Source: Lytechinus pictus (lineage: Eukaryota). From it: a stretch of 64,000 bases of DNA. The notes below the pieces were generated by a model, which did no database searches, had not been told where the DNA came from, and saw only the letters and a list, made by a program, of their open reading frames with translations. The position numbers were made by a program, and so were the translations under genes. The stretch is from the NCBI RefSeq assembly GCF_037042905.1, contig NC_087245.1:23376001-23440000 (forward strand), given 5' to 3'. Below are positions 25,527-39,249 of this stretch, in pieces. How positions within the stretch are numbered: position 1 is the first letter of the stretch; every line of letters begins with the position of its first letter.

Positions 25527-27134
25527 CATATTCCCTATCAGAAGCCCCCTCCCTCATGTTTTTCACCAATGAATTGAGAACTTGCAACTACTTTATTGCA
25601 GAAAACAAGATTACATCATTTTTCAAAGATCTACTAACCTTGAATTTTTCCGTATCCAAAATGTATATAAATGTAAATAAGATCTAAATGTGTGAAGCAG
25701 GTGAGCTAATTCCATCTGTCTGTAGAGATGTGTGTGTCATGAAAGAGTAAAATTATTACTGTACGCCAATGTGCCAAGTCAGTATCCCATAAAGAACGAC
25801 AAGATTCCACTACCCTTCAGAGTATAAGGTAGTCTTGCTATGCGGCAAATCCTAAAAATTCTAGCATTTTGTGAGAACCATGGTACAGGGATTTGACGCT
25901 CTACCCCCCCCCCCTCTCTTTCTCTCTATCCCTCTTACTGCAATCTCTAGTTCTCTACCCATCTGTCTTCTTCACAGTTCTCAGAGAAAGCAAATAGGTA
26001 TGATGATTTTCTTCAGTCAAAACTAGTGGAAGATTCAAGTACTACCACAAGGAGGGGGGGGGGCACATACTTAAAAAAGGGGAAAAGGGAAGAAGAAATG
26101 GTCAACACCATTCACTTTGAGGAATTCTCCCATTGAATTTTCAAAGATCTTTTTTAATTCCTCAAAAGATGGGAAGGCATGTGCCCCCTGCACCCCCCCC
26201 CCCCCACCACTTTGATCTGTGCCTAGCCAAAATTATGAGATCAATGGATTATGATGTCCACCTTACCCTGGCTCCTTATGGAACTTAAATGAGTTACACA
26301 ATATAATAACAACAAAGGGAACAGTACATAATTGATCATTAGTTTACATTTTATACACATCTCAGTGAATCTGTAAATTCCAAATAGAAGTCACATAATC
26401 AGTTTCATGGCAATACAAAGTTAACAAACATCTTCTTTCCAATATAGAATACTGGTACATCAATATAAAGTTAAGAACTGTATCCTTCTTGATGTATTAT
26501 GAAGGCAAAGATGAGATATGGATCCACTATGGATAAAAATGATATAGAGACCCATGTCTAATTCAATATTGCCTAATGGTTTGCTATATTACCCCCTCTA
26601 CAATGTTACACAGAGTGCTATCCATCTTAAAACATTCTCCCAAAATTATCATTGGATATAGGACAAGAAATCAAGAACAACAAACAGCAATAGCACTAAA
26701 TATTAAATGTACGGTAGAAAAGTCTCCAAAAGCCTGGAAGTGATTATCATGTACAAGAGGTCAAAATACTGATACCAAACTTTCTGAATGACATTTATGT
26801 ATGCATTGTATCATTCGATAATTGGTCACACAAATAGTTAAAATTGACAGATGAAGAAAATATATTTAATGTTATTTCCAAGCCAAAAATGGCTGTGAAT
26901 CTAATGCATATGGAAACTGATATTTATTATATAAAATAGCCAAAAGACCCTCTAAGGATTTTATTCAATGTCCTAGATATCTTCACTCAAAAGAATACCA
27001 ATGCTTCATATATAGTGCTTTCCATATAAAGCCAAGCTCATTCAAGATTATGGAATAACTCTTGTTGGGAAGGCTTTGTCAAGTACATCAAATCTGATTT
27101 TATATGTATAGGATTATGGGAGTACAATAAGCTA

Positions 27135-27347
27135 TCACTGAGGAAGGCTAAGTAACGTCTGTTGACCTTGGGGTAGGTAGGAGACATTACGTGATCTTGA
27201 CATCTGATAGGCGATGTCCTCAGCGGCTTCCAGCTTCCTTAGCTCAATGAGACCGTTGCCTGCCTTGGCAAAGGCTTTGGAGAGGAGGGAGGCAGCGATG
27301 GAGTCTCCCTCTGCGGTGGTAATGGCAGCCTGCTTCTGGTGCTCAGC
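27135..27347 (-). CDS. PHB1: Prohibitin 1, coding exon 6 (last)
   Basis: [16 protein letters not shown]...[27 protein letters not shown]...LSLPQ*; 213 nt, AG acceptor. Confidence 0.96.
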   Translation of the reverse strand, partial: AEHQKQAAITTAEGDSIAASLLSKAFAKAGNGLIELRKLEAAEDIAYQMSRSRNVSYLPQGQQTLLSLPQ

Positions 27348-27803
27348 CTATGTCAGAGAAATGACATCAAGTTGGGAAGTGAAAGCTTCACACAGAATAA
27401 AGATATGACTGAGACTGAAAAAATATAGTACAACAAAATTATGACTCATCTTTCTTTGGGAATCTTTGTCTATGCACTTCAGGGTATGGGTACAGCAAGC
27501 AATAATGCACCCAGGGTAGCTTAGGAGTGGCACAGACAAGCAAACTGGAAGATGTTGTTTACTGGTCTACAAAGGCTGGTTCTTTAGTATTCAATGTTTG
27601 GTTGAGATCCTTGGAGGATAGTTCCCCATTAAACATAGGTGTCATGAACATTTATCATCTGCCAACTTTCTGTGGTTTTGATTGGCTGAGAAGAACTTAT
27701 GTCTGACAGTTACTATAGTAACTCGGATAATGACAGCTTGTCAGTGCTTGCGAACCTACCCTGAATTAATTATATTACAATCAGACAAGTATAGACCTCT
27801 TAC

Positions 27804-27899
27804 CTTCTCTACAAGGAACCTCGCCCTCTCTGCTTCTTGCTGAGCAACCTGCTTCATCTCAACAGCCTGGGTGAACTCACGACCAAACGTCAGATGGGT
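27804..27899 (-). CDS. PHB1: Prohibitin 1, coding exon 5
   Basis: [32 protein letters not shown]; 96 nt, AG/GT bounded. Confidence 0.96.
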
Positions 27900-28642
27900 C
27901 TGAAGAAGGAAAAATATCACTGTTACATGCATCTTCTCAATATTTCATATAGCACTGTTAGAACTAAAATACGAACCTGCATTCATCAATGACCTGCCAC
28001 AAGACAAAATAATGTGGCAGATTAAGCTAAAAAAGTGTAGTGCCTCTGGCAGTCTCGCCTGCATAACGCAATCCAATATATTGCTGAGTTTGAAAACAAT
28101 TAAGATGAATAGCTCTTCACCAAAAACACTATCCATAATGAAATACTAGGTCCATTGACCTTAACTAACCTTTAACCTTAATCATGTGACCTAAAACTCG
28201 GGCAGGATGTTCAGTGATACTTTATCAATCTTCTGTCAAAGTTTCATGAACTAGATCTATATACTTGGATGACATTTAAAAAACTTAGCCTTTCAATGTT
28301 GAAACCGCCGCCGCAGAAAAAGCGGCGCCTAAGACTCTTACTTGATTTTAGCAGAATGAGAGTGAAATATGTTTTTTAGAAAATAAGGTAAGAAAACTCT
28401 ACATACTTTTTACACAATATCTTGTTTCTGAGCTATTTCCAGTCTAACAACAAAATGTAAAAGATTGAACAGCATTGTCCCAGTAAATGCTGAGGGTACA
28501 TTGATTGAGTGGGTACATTGAGAGGGTACATCCTCCCGCCAATCCAGCCATTCTAGGGCTACATACAGAATGCAGAATTGACAATGGAAATTGTGCAAAC
28601 TTGTAAAACTACTTTTAAAGATCCAAACTATGCACTACTTAC

Positions 28643-28759
28643 CAATGAGATATCATCACAAACGATTCCAAACTGGTTTGCTCTTTCGACAAGTTCCTCA
28701 TTGACTCTCTGTGATACGACTTCTCTCTGTGTAATCAGCTCTCCAGCATCAAACTGAGC
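28643..28759 (-). CDS. PHB1: Prohibitin 1, coding exon 4
   Basis: [16 protein letters not shown]...[10 protein letters not shown]; 117 nt, AG/GT bounded. Confidence 0.96.
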
Positions 28760-29282
28760 CTGAAAATATGAAAACAGTTATGATACGGTACTATGATACT
28801 ATTTTGAAACTTAACCCTGGTTAAGATGTCAATGTTGATACCACAACATAGACAAAATTCATTCAATGTTTTTGATGCCGTTGCCGTCAGTCTGAAAAGC
28901 GACGTCTATACAATGTAGGTTCGCTCTGCTATGCCTGCAGAGACAAAGCGATTTGGTTAAACAAAAAGTTTTCCTTAGTTGTGCATGGTAAAGCATCATT
29001 TATAATTGATATCAAGGACATTTAAAAAATACAGTTACGTTAGGTATCATTAATTATGCAGCTTTAGCTGTATATGCGCTTCAGGGGAGTGCATTATAAA
29101 TTTGAGAGGATGATAGATGGGCCCCAGAAACATAGTAAGAAACAAGAGGAAGGGAGAAAGATCAAGAGAAAATTTCTTGCGTATGAGAATACATGTAGCA
29201 ACACTTCTCTTGCCAAATAAGCAGGTCAGAGAATGTGTGCCGCAAAACTAAATCTCCCTTCTATCTCATCAGGGTCACTTAC

Positions 29283-29425
29283 CACAACTGCTTTAAGAAC
29301 TTCATTGGTGATAGACGGGAGAACTCTGTCATCGTAGTCTTCACCAAGGTTGACGTAGAGCTTGGGAAGTTCAGCAACTATTGGCCGGAACAGGATACGA
29401 AGAGTGATGTTCACATTCTGCAGAT
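29283..29425 (-). CDS. PHB1: Prohibitin 1, coding exon 3
   Basis: [15 protein letters not shown]...[19 protein letters not shown]; 143 nt, AG/GT bounded. Confidence 0.96.
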
Positions 29426-29917
29426 CTACAGCATAGAGAAAAATGAAATGAGCACTAACAAAGCCATGCATATATCCGATAAAATTACAAATGGATTTTC
29501 CATTCAAACATTTCTTATATTGTCTGTTCCTGAAGCCTACAAATTCCTGAAAATTTGTACCAATTTGTACACACACGAGACAAGGCAAGATTTTTACATT
29601 AGACAAGGCACGTTGACGTTCCTGACATTGAGTAATCCTGTGCACCCGATAAAGCTTGTACGCTTATTTTGGTGTCCAAGCCATTTTGCTCCATGTTCAG
29701 ACCCAGAAGATGTGCTGCTTGTAATGGGGGTTTCTTCCAATACGCGCACACATTTCAGCAAATGAAATAAAACTAAAAATTATGAGTTCTCACAATTATA
29801 CACGTTATGCACACCATTTAATCAGTCTCAGATGAATACATTTTCTACTCTTCATATCTAGACACAAGCTTTAAACCAGGGAAGGTATAGGCTACCCATT
29901 AAAGAACCAACACTCAC

Positions 29918-30079
29918 CTTTACTACCAGTAGTGACAGGTACATTTCTTGGTCTACTCCTACAGTCATAGATGATAGGTCTCTGGACAAGGGGGATGAGA
30001 AAATGTGTTCCCTCTCCCATAACATAATCCTTCACTCCTGCAAATCGGTCAAAGATGACAGCTCTGTGACCAGCATCGA
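29918..30079 (-). CDS. PHB1: Prohibitin 1, coding exon 2
   Basis: [13 protein letters not shown]...GEGTHFLIP...[14 protein letters not shown]; 162 nt, AG/GT bounded. Confidence 0.96.
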
Positions 30080-30459
30080 CTGCAAAGAAGGGGAACGTAA
30101 GGAAATGTGTTAACATACAATTACAGCATGGCTAAAATTCAGCCTAAATGTGCATTCAAAGGTAAATATCTTAATTTAATATATTTTCTTGTCAAGTTGG
30201 ATGTAATTTTTGGGCATAATTGTGATAAAGTCCCCAAATCAAAAATGGGTATTATTAGAATCAGACCTAACAGAATGCATGAAAATCACTTCCTTTCTCC
30301 GGAACACAGCCCCAACTCTCGCACAGCTCTATAGCTTGCGAAATGATAACACACACACATATAACACACTCTGTACTACACTTGGGTTCTCTCCCTATTT
30401 GTGGTCGTGATACAGGAGAAAGACTTTTCATTACTTTCGCTCCCTTGATTGTGACATAC

Positions 30460-31840
30460 TGCTTCTTCAAGAAACTCACTCTGGTAGTTATGATGAGAGA
30501 TTGAGGCAATCTCAGTGGGGTGATCATGCCTTTTTTGCTTCCTTTATTTCTAATAGCCATGGTGTAGCAATTCTTATTTATAGAAAATCTATAAATCTGA
30601 AGGTGAACTGTCTCTATAGAGATCCAAATGGATATTTTATCTCGAATTCGGAATTAAATTGAAAAGAATTCAGCAAGCTATAGATTGCTGGCGTATGAGA
30701 AATCTTTCTCTTTATAACTATACTGAATGTGGCTTGAAAATGATTGATCCTTTAACTTTTGCTCATGCTAAAAAAATGGTGCGGGTGAAAAATATTCTTG
30801 ATGTAAATTATATAGCCCCATGGAAATGCATTGAATTTTCTTCTTTTTTTAAAGAAAAATTCAATGATGATGTTTGGTGGAATTCTTTGCTCCAGAAAGT
30901 CACTTAGTAATATTCAACTTGCTGAATCTCTTTATGCTTGGTATCTATATAGAGAGGAAGCTACTGTAGAATTTTTTGGTCTTAAATATTCAGAATAAGT
31001 GCTTGTCAATGTCTTTGGTTAAGTAGGTCTAAATCCTTTTTTTCGAATCATGGTTCGATAGAAACATTATTACTATTTCTGACTTATTCAACCCTCCTTT
31101 TCCAGGCCATAAACTATTTGAAGAACTAGTTTTAGATTTTGATATTCCTGTTGGAGATTGCAAGGAAATTTATCTTTTTTTATTAAAAATATACCTGGAA
31201 AATGGATTAAGGATTTTGATGTTGATATAGTTGGAGTTGATGAAACTATAGTCCAAAAGCTTTTTAAGCACAAAGTCCCAAAGAATGCGTATATTACTCT
31301 ACTTGGCTCTGATGTTCCCAACAAGACATACTCTATTTGGTGTGATAATGTACCTGTACCTATTACTTTGAACTGGGGAAAAGGTACACACTTCTAACTT
31401 TTCTTGTGCTATTACTTTAAGATTTTCCATAAAGCTATCGCTCTAAATGAGTTTCTTCATAAGATTAAAAGAAAAGATTATTCTGAATTGCTCATTGTGT
31501 GATACCAGAGATGAAACATTGAGTTCATTTATTTTGCGAATGTGATATTAAAGGTAACTCCAATCTTGCAAGACGTTTTGGATGTAATCTCTCAGAAATG
31601 TGAAAATTCTATTTATTTAACTAATTTTGAAAAATTACTTGGTATTTGTAGTGATAATTTTTTTATGTATTCGTTTTTGCTTTTAAAATATTACATTTAC
31701 ACTTGTTAAGTTTAAAAACAACCTCCCCAATTTCAATGCATTTAAATGCATTGTCAAGAAACAGAGATAAATTGAATATTTGTTAGCCCCAAAAAGAAAC
31801 AAATTCCCTACTAACTTCAAGAAATGGCGTTTTGATTTGA
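30460..31840 (+). mobile_element. Decayed, internally deleted Tx1/L1-like LINE in PHB1 intron 1
   Basis: Endonuclease remnants LQETH, HG..VAIL, DPNG near 30465-30640; C-terminal zinc-knuckle remnant CSLCD..DET..HLFCEC near 31490-31545; no RT core seen. Confidence 0.65.
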
Positions 31841-32589
31841 TTTTCCCTGGCTCTTCTTTTTGCTATCTACATATAGTCTAGAATTCACTTCATCGCTCTC
31901 GCTTACTCTCTCCTCTCCTCTCTCATTCTGCATTTGTTGTCTGCTTTCGTTTTTTATCATTATTTTTTTTGGTTAAATACATGAATCATTTGTTCCTATT
32001 ATATCAGGTTTTGTTGGATATATTTACATGTATACTGAGAGAAAAACTTCCATTTTTCAGAATACTCCATGATCCTAGTGGAGTAACTGCCATACGTGAC
32101 AAAAGCAATAATAATTTTAGCAGGAAAATGCACGATACCAAATTAAAGGAAATAGGTCAAGAAAGAGGGAGGGAGAAAGGAATAGAAGAGGAAAGCAGAG
32201 AGAAATAAAAAAAAAAAGGGCAGGAAAAGAAAGAAGAGAGAGAAAATTGTAATAAGAGGAAATGGGAGGGGAGTTAAATTAAGTAGGATAAAGGAAAGAA
32301 AAGAAGTAAATGGGTGTCGATAAAGAGAAATAAACAAAAGTAGGTCAAATGAAAAGAGAAAGAGGAAAAATGGATAGAGACGTTAATTCAAACTTAAAAA
32401 AAGAAGGGAGAAGAAAAAACTAGAGGAGAAAGAAAGAATGAAGGGTAAAGAAGAAAACTAGAACACAATAAACATGATGAGGGAAAAAGCGCAAAAGATA
32501 ACTGGGAAGTGGGGGGGGGTGCGAGAATGAATAAAGAATGACACAGAAAAATTCAACTCCAAATTATGAACAAGAGATCTAGACTAAGG

Positions 32590-33380
32590 AAACAATGATG
32601 TATGTGAGTAAAGTAATGATAACAACAATAATGATGGGGAAAATAATGAAGAATAATAACAATAATGATGATAACGATAATAACAGCAATGATGGGGATA
32701 ATGATACAAAAGAATAATAACAATAAAGATAATAATAATAACGATAAAGATTAATAAAATGATAAATAAACATGATAATATTAATAAGATGATATTATTA
32801 ATAATAATAAAGGTTAAAGATGATGATAATACGAACAATCTTTGAATTAGTCTACAGTGATTTTATTGGATGGGGGCACACTTACCCTTTGACACTCCCA
32901 CCTTAATAATTTAGGTTAATAATAATAGTAATGGTAATAATAGCTCTAGGATAATAACAATAATAATGATAATAATAAATAATAACAAATGATTATAATA
33001 ACAATGATGATAAAATTGATAATGATAATAATTATAATAACACCCAAACATTTTGAATGAGTCTACTGTGTTTTAATTCGAAGGAATTACATGTAAATAA
33101 AAACAAGGAATGGAATGGATGAACGGAAGGCCAGGAGCACACTTTTCAATAATTAATAAAACAATAATAATGATAATAATAATAATTATAATGAAAATTC
33201 AATAATGATAATGATAATGATGATGATAGAGAATAATAATAAAGAATGATAGAAATAATAATAATATAATGATACATTAATAATCATAATGATGATAATA
33301 GCAATGATAATAAATAATGATAATAATACTGTACCCAAATGTTTTGAATGAGTCTACAGTGATTTAATTTGAAGGGGCAC
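32590..33380. repeat. (TAA/TGA)n low-complexity array with three copies of a TTTGAAT(G/T)AGTCTAC(A/T)GTG core
   Basis: Cores at ~32842, 33052 and 33343, separated by TAA-rich runs. Confidence 0.8.
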
Positions 33381-33817
33381 ACTTTTTCTGGTGAGACCCC
33401 CCCCCCCCCCGAAGTTTGTCTTCTTCTTTCTCGATCATTCCTTGTTGTCACATTGGGAAACTGTCCCCATCCCGTTGCCGACCGAGCACGCTGTAGCATC
33501 ACAAGTGTAATGTACCGTTAGAGCTATCCCCACTGCGTGCAAAAACAAACTGTGTATCCCATGGTGAGGGGACTGTATCACAGTATAGCTACTGTTGAAA
33601 CTGTCCCCACTGCCGTGAAAATCAAACTTGATTTCCCGTAGAGTTGGGACTGTATCATGACCAAGCTAATGGTATGTCGACCAAGGCTTCATGGAGAGTA
33701 AGCCTACAGTACGTCAGTAAATGACTTTTACTCTCCAGAAGCCTCCAGGCTAGCCTGCACGAACATCACTTGAGTTGAGGTAGCCGAGCCCGACGAAGTC
33801 ACTCCAGCTCCACTCAG

Positions 33818-35520
33818 GGGCCCGTTTCTCAACACCTGGACAAGAAGTCATATCTTTATCCACCAACCACGGAGTTAGCTCCAATCTTACTAAACCTGTT
33901 TCACGAAAGGCTTCCTAACTAAAATAGCTTGATATCGATACTATCGGTAAAAAGAACAGACGAGACGTAGCCTTAGTCACAAAATAATAAAAAAATAATA
34001 ATTTTCAAAAGAACAATTACAAAATTGCAAATATTTTGATGAATTGGGAAATACATCTTTTCAAAATAATAGCAGAGGTACATTGTAAATTATACATCAT
34101 ACATACTTATACCATGAAGATTGGAACATTCAATTACTGAAAAAATGAAATTATGAATACATGTAATTCATTTCATGAATAAAAAATCACATGCGGACGT
34201 TGAGATGGGTACCCCCGGGATATCAAATTTTGATAGTTTACGAAAGTAAACCATGATAATGGTTTTCTTTGTATAATGATGATTATACAGCTTTTTTTAT
34301 GATACCATCATCAAAATATATCATACCGAAACATACGATTTGACAAATTCTATGCATAGATATTAGAGATATAATTTATCCAAATGTTATTAGAGGTCTG
34401 AAAACGACAAATACGAGTTCAGACTTTTCAGTTATGGATAGCCTGACTTTAACACTGACGTGGTAGAATCTTTATTTCACAATGAATGGTTTTGTGGCGT
34501 TTTTAATACCAACAGTTTTTATAGTTTCTTTGTATTATACAATTATCATTGAATACATTATCCCACATTCCCACTTGTTTTGTGATGTAATTTCAAGCTC
34601 TATGATTGTTTACGTAAGATTATAATTTTGGCGTTATCCTGGTTTAAAGGGCCTGGCAACTGACAAATCATGGGGAAATTGAATCAATACGAAATCTGCA
34701 AAAGGCCAATTGACTTGCATAATATAATCTGTCCGTCATGAGCGCCTGTCGGTCTAATGCGAAAAAATTCGGACAGCACACGAATTTGACCGATGCGAGG
34801 GTTATTTACTTCGGGTCGTCGCAGTTCTAGCTTCCAACAATCCCAATTCCTAGACTCATAGCACTTTAGCAGGTCTCTTGATTGCTACATGTAAAGCAAA
34901 ATGAATAACCTCTGTGGAGTTACATTATTATATGTTTCAAAGTGAAAACATGCAGTTTACTTCTGGTTGGTTAGTCTACTATCATGACTATTGCTCTCCT
35001 AAGATTAGACCTCCCAGACACGCCGGCGTCTATTACGTAACACCCCAGGCATGCAGCCGAGCGAAAGACTTGAATCCCTTCTCTGTTTTTTAGATTAGCC
35101 TTGATTGATTTCCCCATGATTTGCTTTAAGTCACCACTCCATTCACTGCCATGACTGCCATTCATTTCGTCAGCGGCGGTGACTTCTTTCCTCTCCCATT
35201 GACTTTGTACACACACGAGAAGAGAAGTGACTTATTTCAGGATAAGGCCATAATTTTCAAATTTCTAGGCACTTTGTCTACCCACGTGATCGTGATGTCA
35301 TTAAGTCTAACTCTAACTTAAGTCAAGAAAGAAGTTGACACTGACACTGTGACAGGTTCGGAGATGTCATAAAATCTTACTCTATCTTAGTGAGGTTGTT
35401 GTTGTACCCGATCTTGGCAAAGAGGGCTTTGTGAAACGGTTAGCGGACAAATAGCTCACTATCTCCGATTTTAATAGTCAAGAAGTTAGACTTATGACGG
35501 TGTTGTCGAGAAACGGGCCC
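33818..35520. mobile_element. 1.7-kb non-autonomous PIF/Harbinger element in PHB1 intron 1
   Basis: TIR GGGCCCGTTTCTC (13 bp perfect, extends with one gap); 3-bp TSD CAG at 33815-33817 and 35521-35523. Confidence 0.8.
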
Positions 35521-35673
35521 CAGCTCACGTCAGAGTCACCATGTCCATGACTCCATGACCATGCAATGTATGCTCACTGACTCACACACTACACAGTAAC
35601 ACAATTCGCAACCAAGCGAGACTCAACATGTTCACACTCACTCAAAACATAATCTCATCATAGATTTCCTCAC

Positions 35674-35770
35674 CATTATATAAGGCCGAATTTGCAATGC
35701 CTCCTACAACTGCAACACCAATACCAATACTTCCTAGCCTGGAGAAAAGTTGATTCAAACCTGCTGCCAT
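35674..35770 (-). CDS. PHB1: Prohibitin 1, coding exon 1
   Basis: MAAGLNQLFSRLGSIGIGVAVVGGIANSALYN; phase-1 donor G|GTGAG; six exons total 828 nt = 275 aa plus stop. Confidence 0.95.
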
Positions 35771-36472
35771 TTTGTTCCCTCGTCTGTGTTGCGAGTGCGA
35801 CGAGTCGTAGTTCGTACTACGTCTACGGTACGGTACTGTGTAGATTTCGCAAGAAAACTGTCTAAATAGCGAATGATCAATTCCTGTAATCTTTAAGCGA
35901 CTAAAAATGGTGAAATATATATTTTACTGATATGCAATCGTCACAAAAAGAACTATTTAAGATCAAGATAGGTGGAATTTGATCTCAAAATCCGTCTCTG
36001 TAATTAAAACCAGTGCAGTCACGTCCAGCACAGAATTGCATCACATTTATGTATATGCACGTGTGTATCATATCACTGTACAGCTGTGTGTGCATATTGT
36101 ATAACGAGGCCTATGAACGAGGCACGTACAACGAGCTCGCATACTATACGGTACGGTAGTCTTAAATATGTAGGGAAAATGATAGATTTGATTTTCTTTT
36201 CATATCGTATCATTTTTTAAATACACGTATTTGTGCACTGCAGTCTCATTTAATTTATTTCAGCCAATTTCCATATAGGCCCTACCTCCAAATATGAAAT
36301 GATTCCAAAATCACACTGTACAGTAAGCCACAGTACTTCCAATACATCCAAAATCGTACCTATTACAATTCAAGCAATATGGTCATATTGCATGGAAGTA
36401 GAAAAACAAGAAAGATCAAATCGAAATGGAAGATATTGGACAAAAAAAAAAAAGAAAGATAAGGCGCTTTAA

Positions 36473-37060
36473 AGGGATGGTCCGGGCTGAAAATATTTAT
36501 ATCTTTGTCATAGAGTAGAATTCACTGAGCAAAATTCCGAAAATTTCATCAAAATCGCATAACAAATAATAAAGTTAGATTGAAGTTTAAAGTTTAGCAA
36601 TATTTTGTGAAAACAGTTGTCATGAATATTCATTAGATACGCTGATGATGTCACATCCCCACTTTCCGTTTTCTTATATGTCATTACATATAAAATCATA
36701 ATTTTTTTTCATTATTTCATACTTGTGTAGATAATATGTCTACCTTGTAATGAAATAAGTTGCAGCAATAAATATTTAATGCACGAAATCAGTTGTCAAT
36801 CCAATTTTTTAGTTCTTGGAGGAAAATTTTTGAATAAACCTAATTTCATATTATACAAAAGAACAAGTTGGGATGTGACATCATCAGCCCACCTAATGAA
36901 TATTCATGACGACTGTTTTTACAAAATATTGCTAAACTTTAAAATTCAATAACTTTGTTATTTGTTATCCGATTTTGATGAATTTTTCGGCCGCTTTTTG
37001 CTCAGTGAATTATATACTCTATTTATTAAGCTATAAATACTTTCAGCCCGGACTATCCCT
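36473..37060. mobile_element. Kolobok-like MITE, copy A
   Basis: AGGGATGGTCCGGGCTGAAA TIRs, long inverted arms, TTAA on left flank. Confidence 0.85.
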
Positions 37061-37795
37061 TATGAGATGGTGATGATAATGAGATTGATCAGAATTTGGA
37101 CAGGCCAATATTAGGCAGCGGCCCAACGCAACGCGGGGTCAAACTTATTTAGGGTATTTGTTTTTTTTTCCAAATAAAGCTTTTTTTTTTAAGAAGAAAG
37201 AGTTCAAAAGAAAGGGAAAACAAAAACTGGACTGCAGACTGTCGGAAAAATCATAACTGTCGGGCACACGGCCGGGCTGTTCCAACTGATTCGGTTTTTT
37301 ATTTCCACCATCTTTGTCGGTAAATGTCAATTAAACTGTACACTTATCGGTAAATTGTGATTTTTACGCAATGCGACTTTTAGAGCTCTCTGTACCGATA
37401 GTGAGGACGGACTTCGCGCTCGCATAATTTATTAAGGAAGATATACCCATCCTACTCATAATTAAGTGCACAAAATTAATATATCGTTTTTAGGTTAAGA
37501 TTTTCAAAAAAAAATTCGGCTCGCGCTTCGCGCTCGCAATTATAATGTTTATATTATTTTAGTGTAAATTGTTAGGCACGTGTCAGTGAAAGTGAAGACT
37601 CTTTTGGGGGTGGGGCTTGTCAAAATTTTTGTAAACAAAAATGTCCCCCTTGAAAATCCTGGATCTGCCCCTGGGTTGGATATAAATTGAGTTTTCAGTC
37701 TAATCAAAGTCATTTAACACTATTTTTCAGGTCATTAAAACCTCTGAAATGTCCCATACGTAACGCGCGAGAATTCTTGGACTTGCCCATTTCCA

Positions 37796-38565
37796 CACTG
37801 TAAAAAATGAAGTGCTAATTTTGCACTTACAGTGTATAGTGACTGCACTACGAGTGCCGATTTTGTAGTTCAAATTTAAAGGACAAGTCCACCCCAACAA
37901 AAAGTTGATTTGAAAAAAAGGAGAAAAATCCAACAAGCAAAACACTGAAAATTTCATCAAAATCGGATGTAAAATAAGAAAGTTATGACAATTTAAAGTT
38001 TCGCTTAATTTCACAAAACAGTTATATGCACATCCTGGTCGGTATGCAAATTGGCATACTGATGATGTCACCCACTCACTATTTATTATGTATTTTATTA
38101 TATGAAATATGAAATATTCTAATTTTCTCCTCCTTGTCAAGTGCAACAAAGTTTTATTTCTCCCTGAACATGTGGAATTACCATTATTTTAACAGTTTAT
38201 GGTGAAGTTAAGTTGGTCCGTATTGTCAAATCTGTAAAAATTGAAATATTGTATTATTCAAACAATAAAAAACAAAAGAAATAGTGAGTGATGTACATCA
38301 TTGACTCTCTCATTTGCATATTGCTGAGTTGTGCATTTCACTGTTTTGTGAAAAATAAGCGAAACTTAAAAATGTCATAACTTTCTTATTTTACGACCGA
38401 TTTCGATGAAATTTGCAGCGTTATGTTTGTTTGATTTTTCTCTATCGATTCAAATCAACAATTTTCTGGGGTGGATTTGACCTTTAAGCTAGAAAATCAG
38501 CACTCGTAGTGCAGTCACTATACAAGCACTGTAAGTGCTAAATTAGCACATCATTTTTTACAGTG
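37796..38565. mobile_element. CACTA/EnSpm-like palindromic MITE interrupted by a nested element
   Basis: ~70-bp TIRs starting CACTGTAAAAAATGA; 2-bp TSD CA. Confidence 0.8.
37880..38483. mobile_element. Kolobok-like MITE nested in the CACTA-like MITE
   Basis: AGG(A/T)CAA(G/A)TCCACCCCA TIRs; TTAA at 37876-37879 and 38484-38487. Confidence 0.85.
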
Positions 38566-38644
38566 CATCTCCTCATTATTGCCGTGCTCAGTTTCTCCAG
38601 TCATTGAGAAATGTCTTACCATACATTATTCTTTTTCCTTCGTC

Positions 38645-38689
<45 letters not shown>

Positions 38690-38825
38690 GGGGGGGGGGA
38701 AAGAAGCCCCACCCCGATCTGTACACCACTATAGAGGTGGATATCCATCTCGACGGTACAAACATAATTATTACAAAGTAGAAAATTAGACCCGAGGAAC
38801 GATTTGTGAAATACGTGTGTGTGTG

Positions 38826-38980
38826 CAGGGGCCGCGGAACGGTTTTCAAAGTGGGGGGGGGGGGGGCTGACCATGCAAAAAATCACAATCATATGGTAAT
38901 TTTTACGTTTTTGTACACGGTTTTGGAAAAAAGTGGGGGGGGGCTGAAGCCCCCCCCCCCCCCCGCTTCCGCGGCCCCTG
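38826..38980. mobile_element. Short CAGGGGCC-TIR MITE, copy 3
   Basis: 14-bp perfect TIR CAGGGGCCGCGGAA; flanks share GTGTG. Confidence 0.8.
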
Positions 38981-39249
38981 GTGTGTGAGAGGGGAGGGGG
39001 GTTGGTATTAATTGATTTTGGATGAAATACTTAAATAAAAAAACATGTTGAAAAGAATGTAGGCCTATACATATAACAATTCTATGGTTATTTACGTTTA
39101 AGACGTTTACAATAAAACGGAAATGATCAGCAGGAGCTCCCAGCGCCCCCAAGTTTCCGCGGCTGACAATGTGGTACTAAGCATTTTTTTCTTTGCATCA
39201 GGAATGATCCATGCATTCTCCCAGTCCATGCATGATCATTGGTAAGCAT

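Noticed and set aside
29235..29765. 176-aa plus-strand ORF and similar antisense ORFs over the RTE and GPCR
   Set aside because: Shadows of real minus-strand coding sequence with no recognisable motifs
37796..37830. RAG/ProtoRAG recombination-signal-like end
   Set aside because: Terminus is CACTGTA with a 2-bp TSD and no nonamer, fitting CACTA/EnSpm rather than RAG-like elements with 5-bp TSDs
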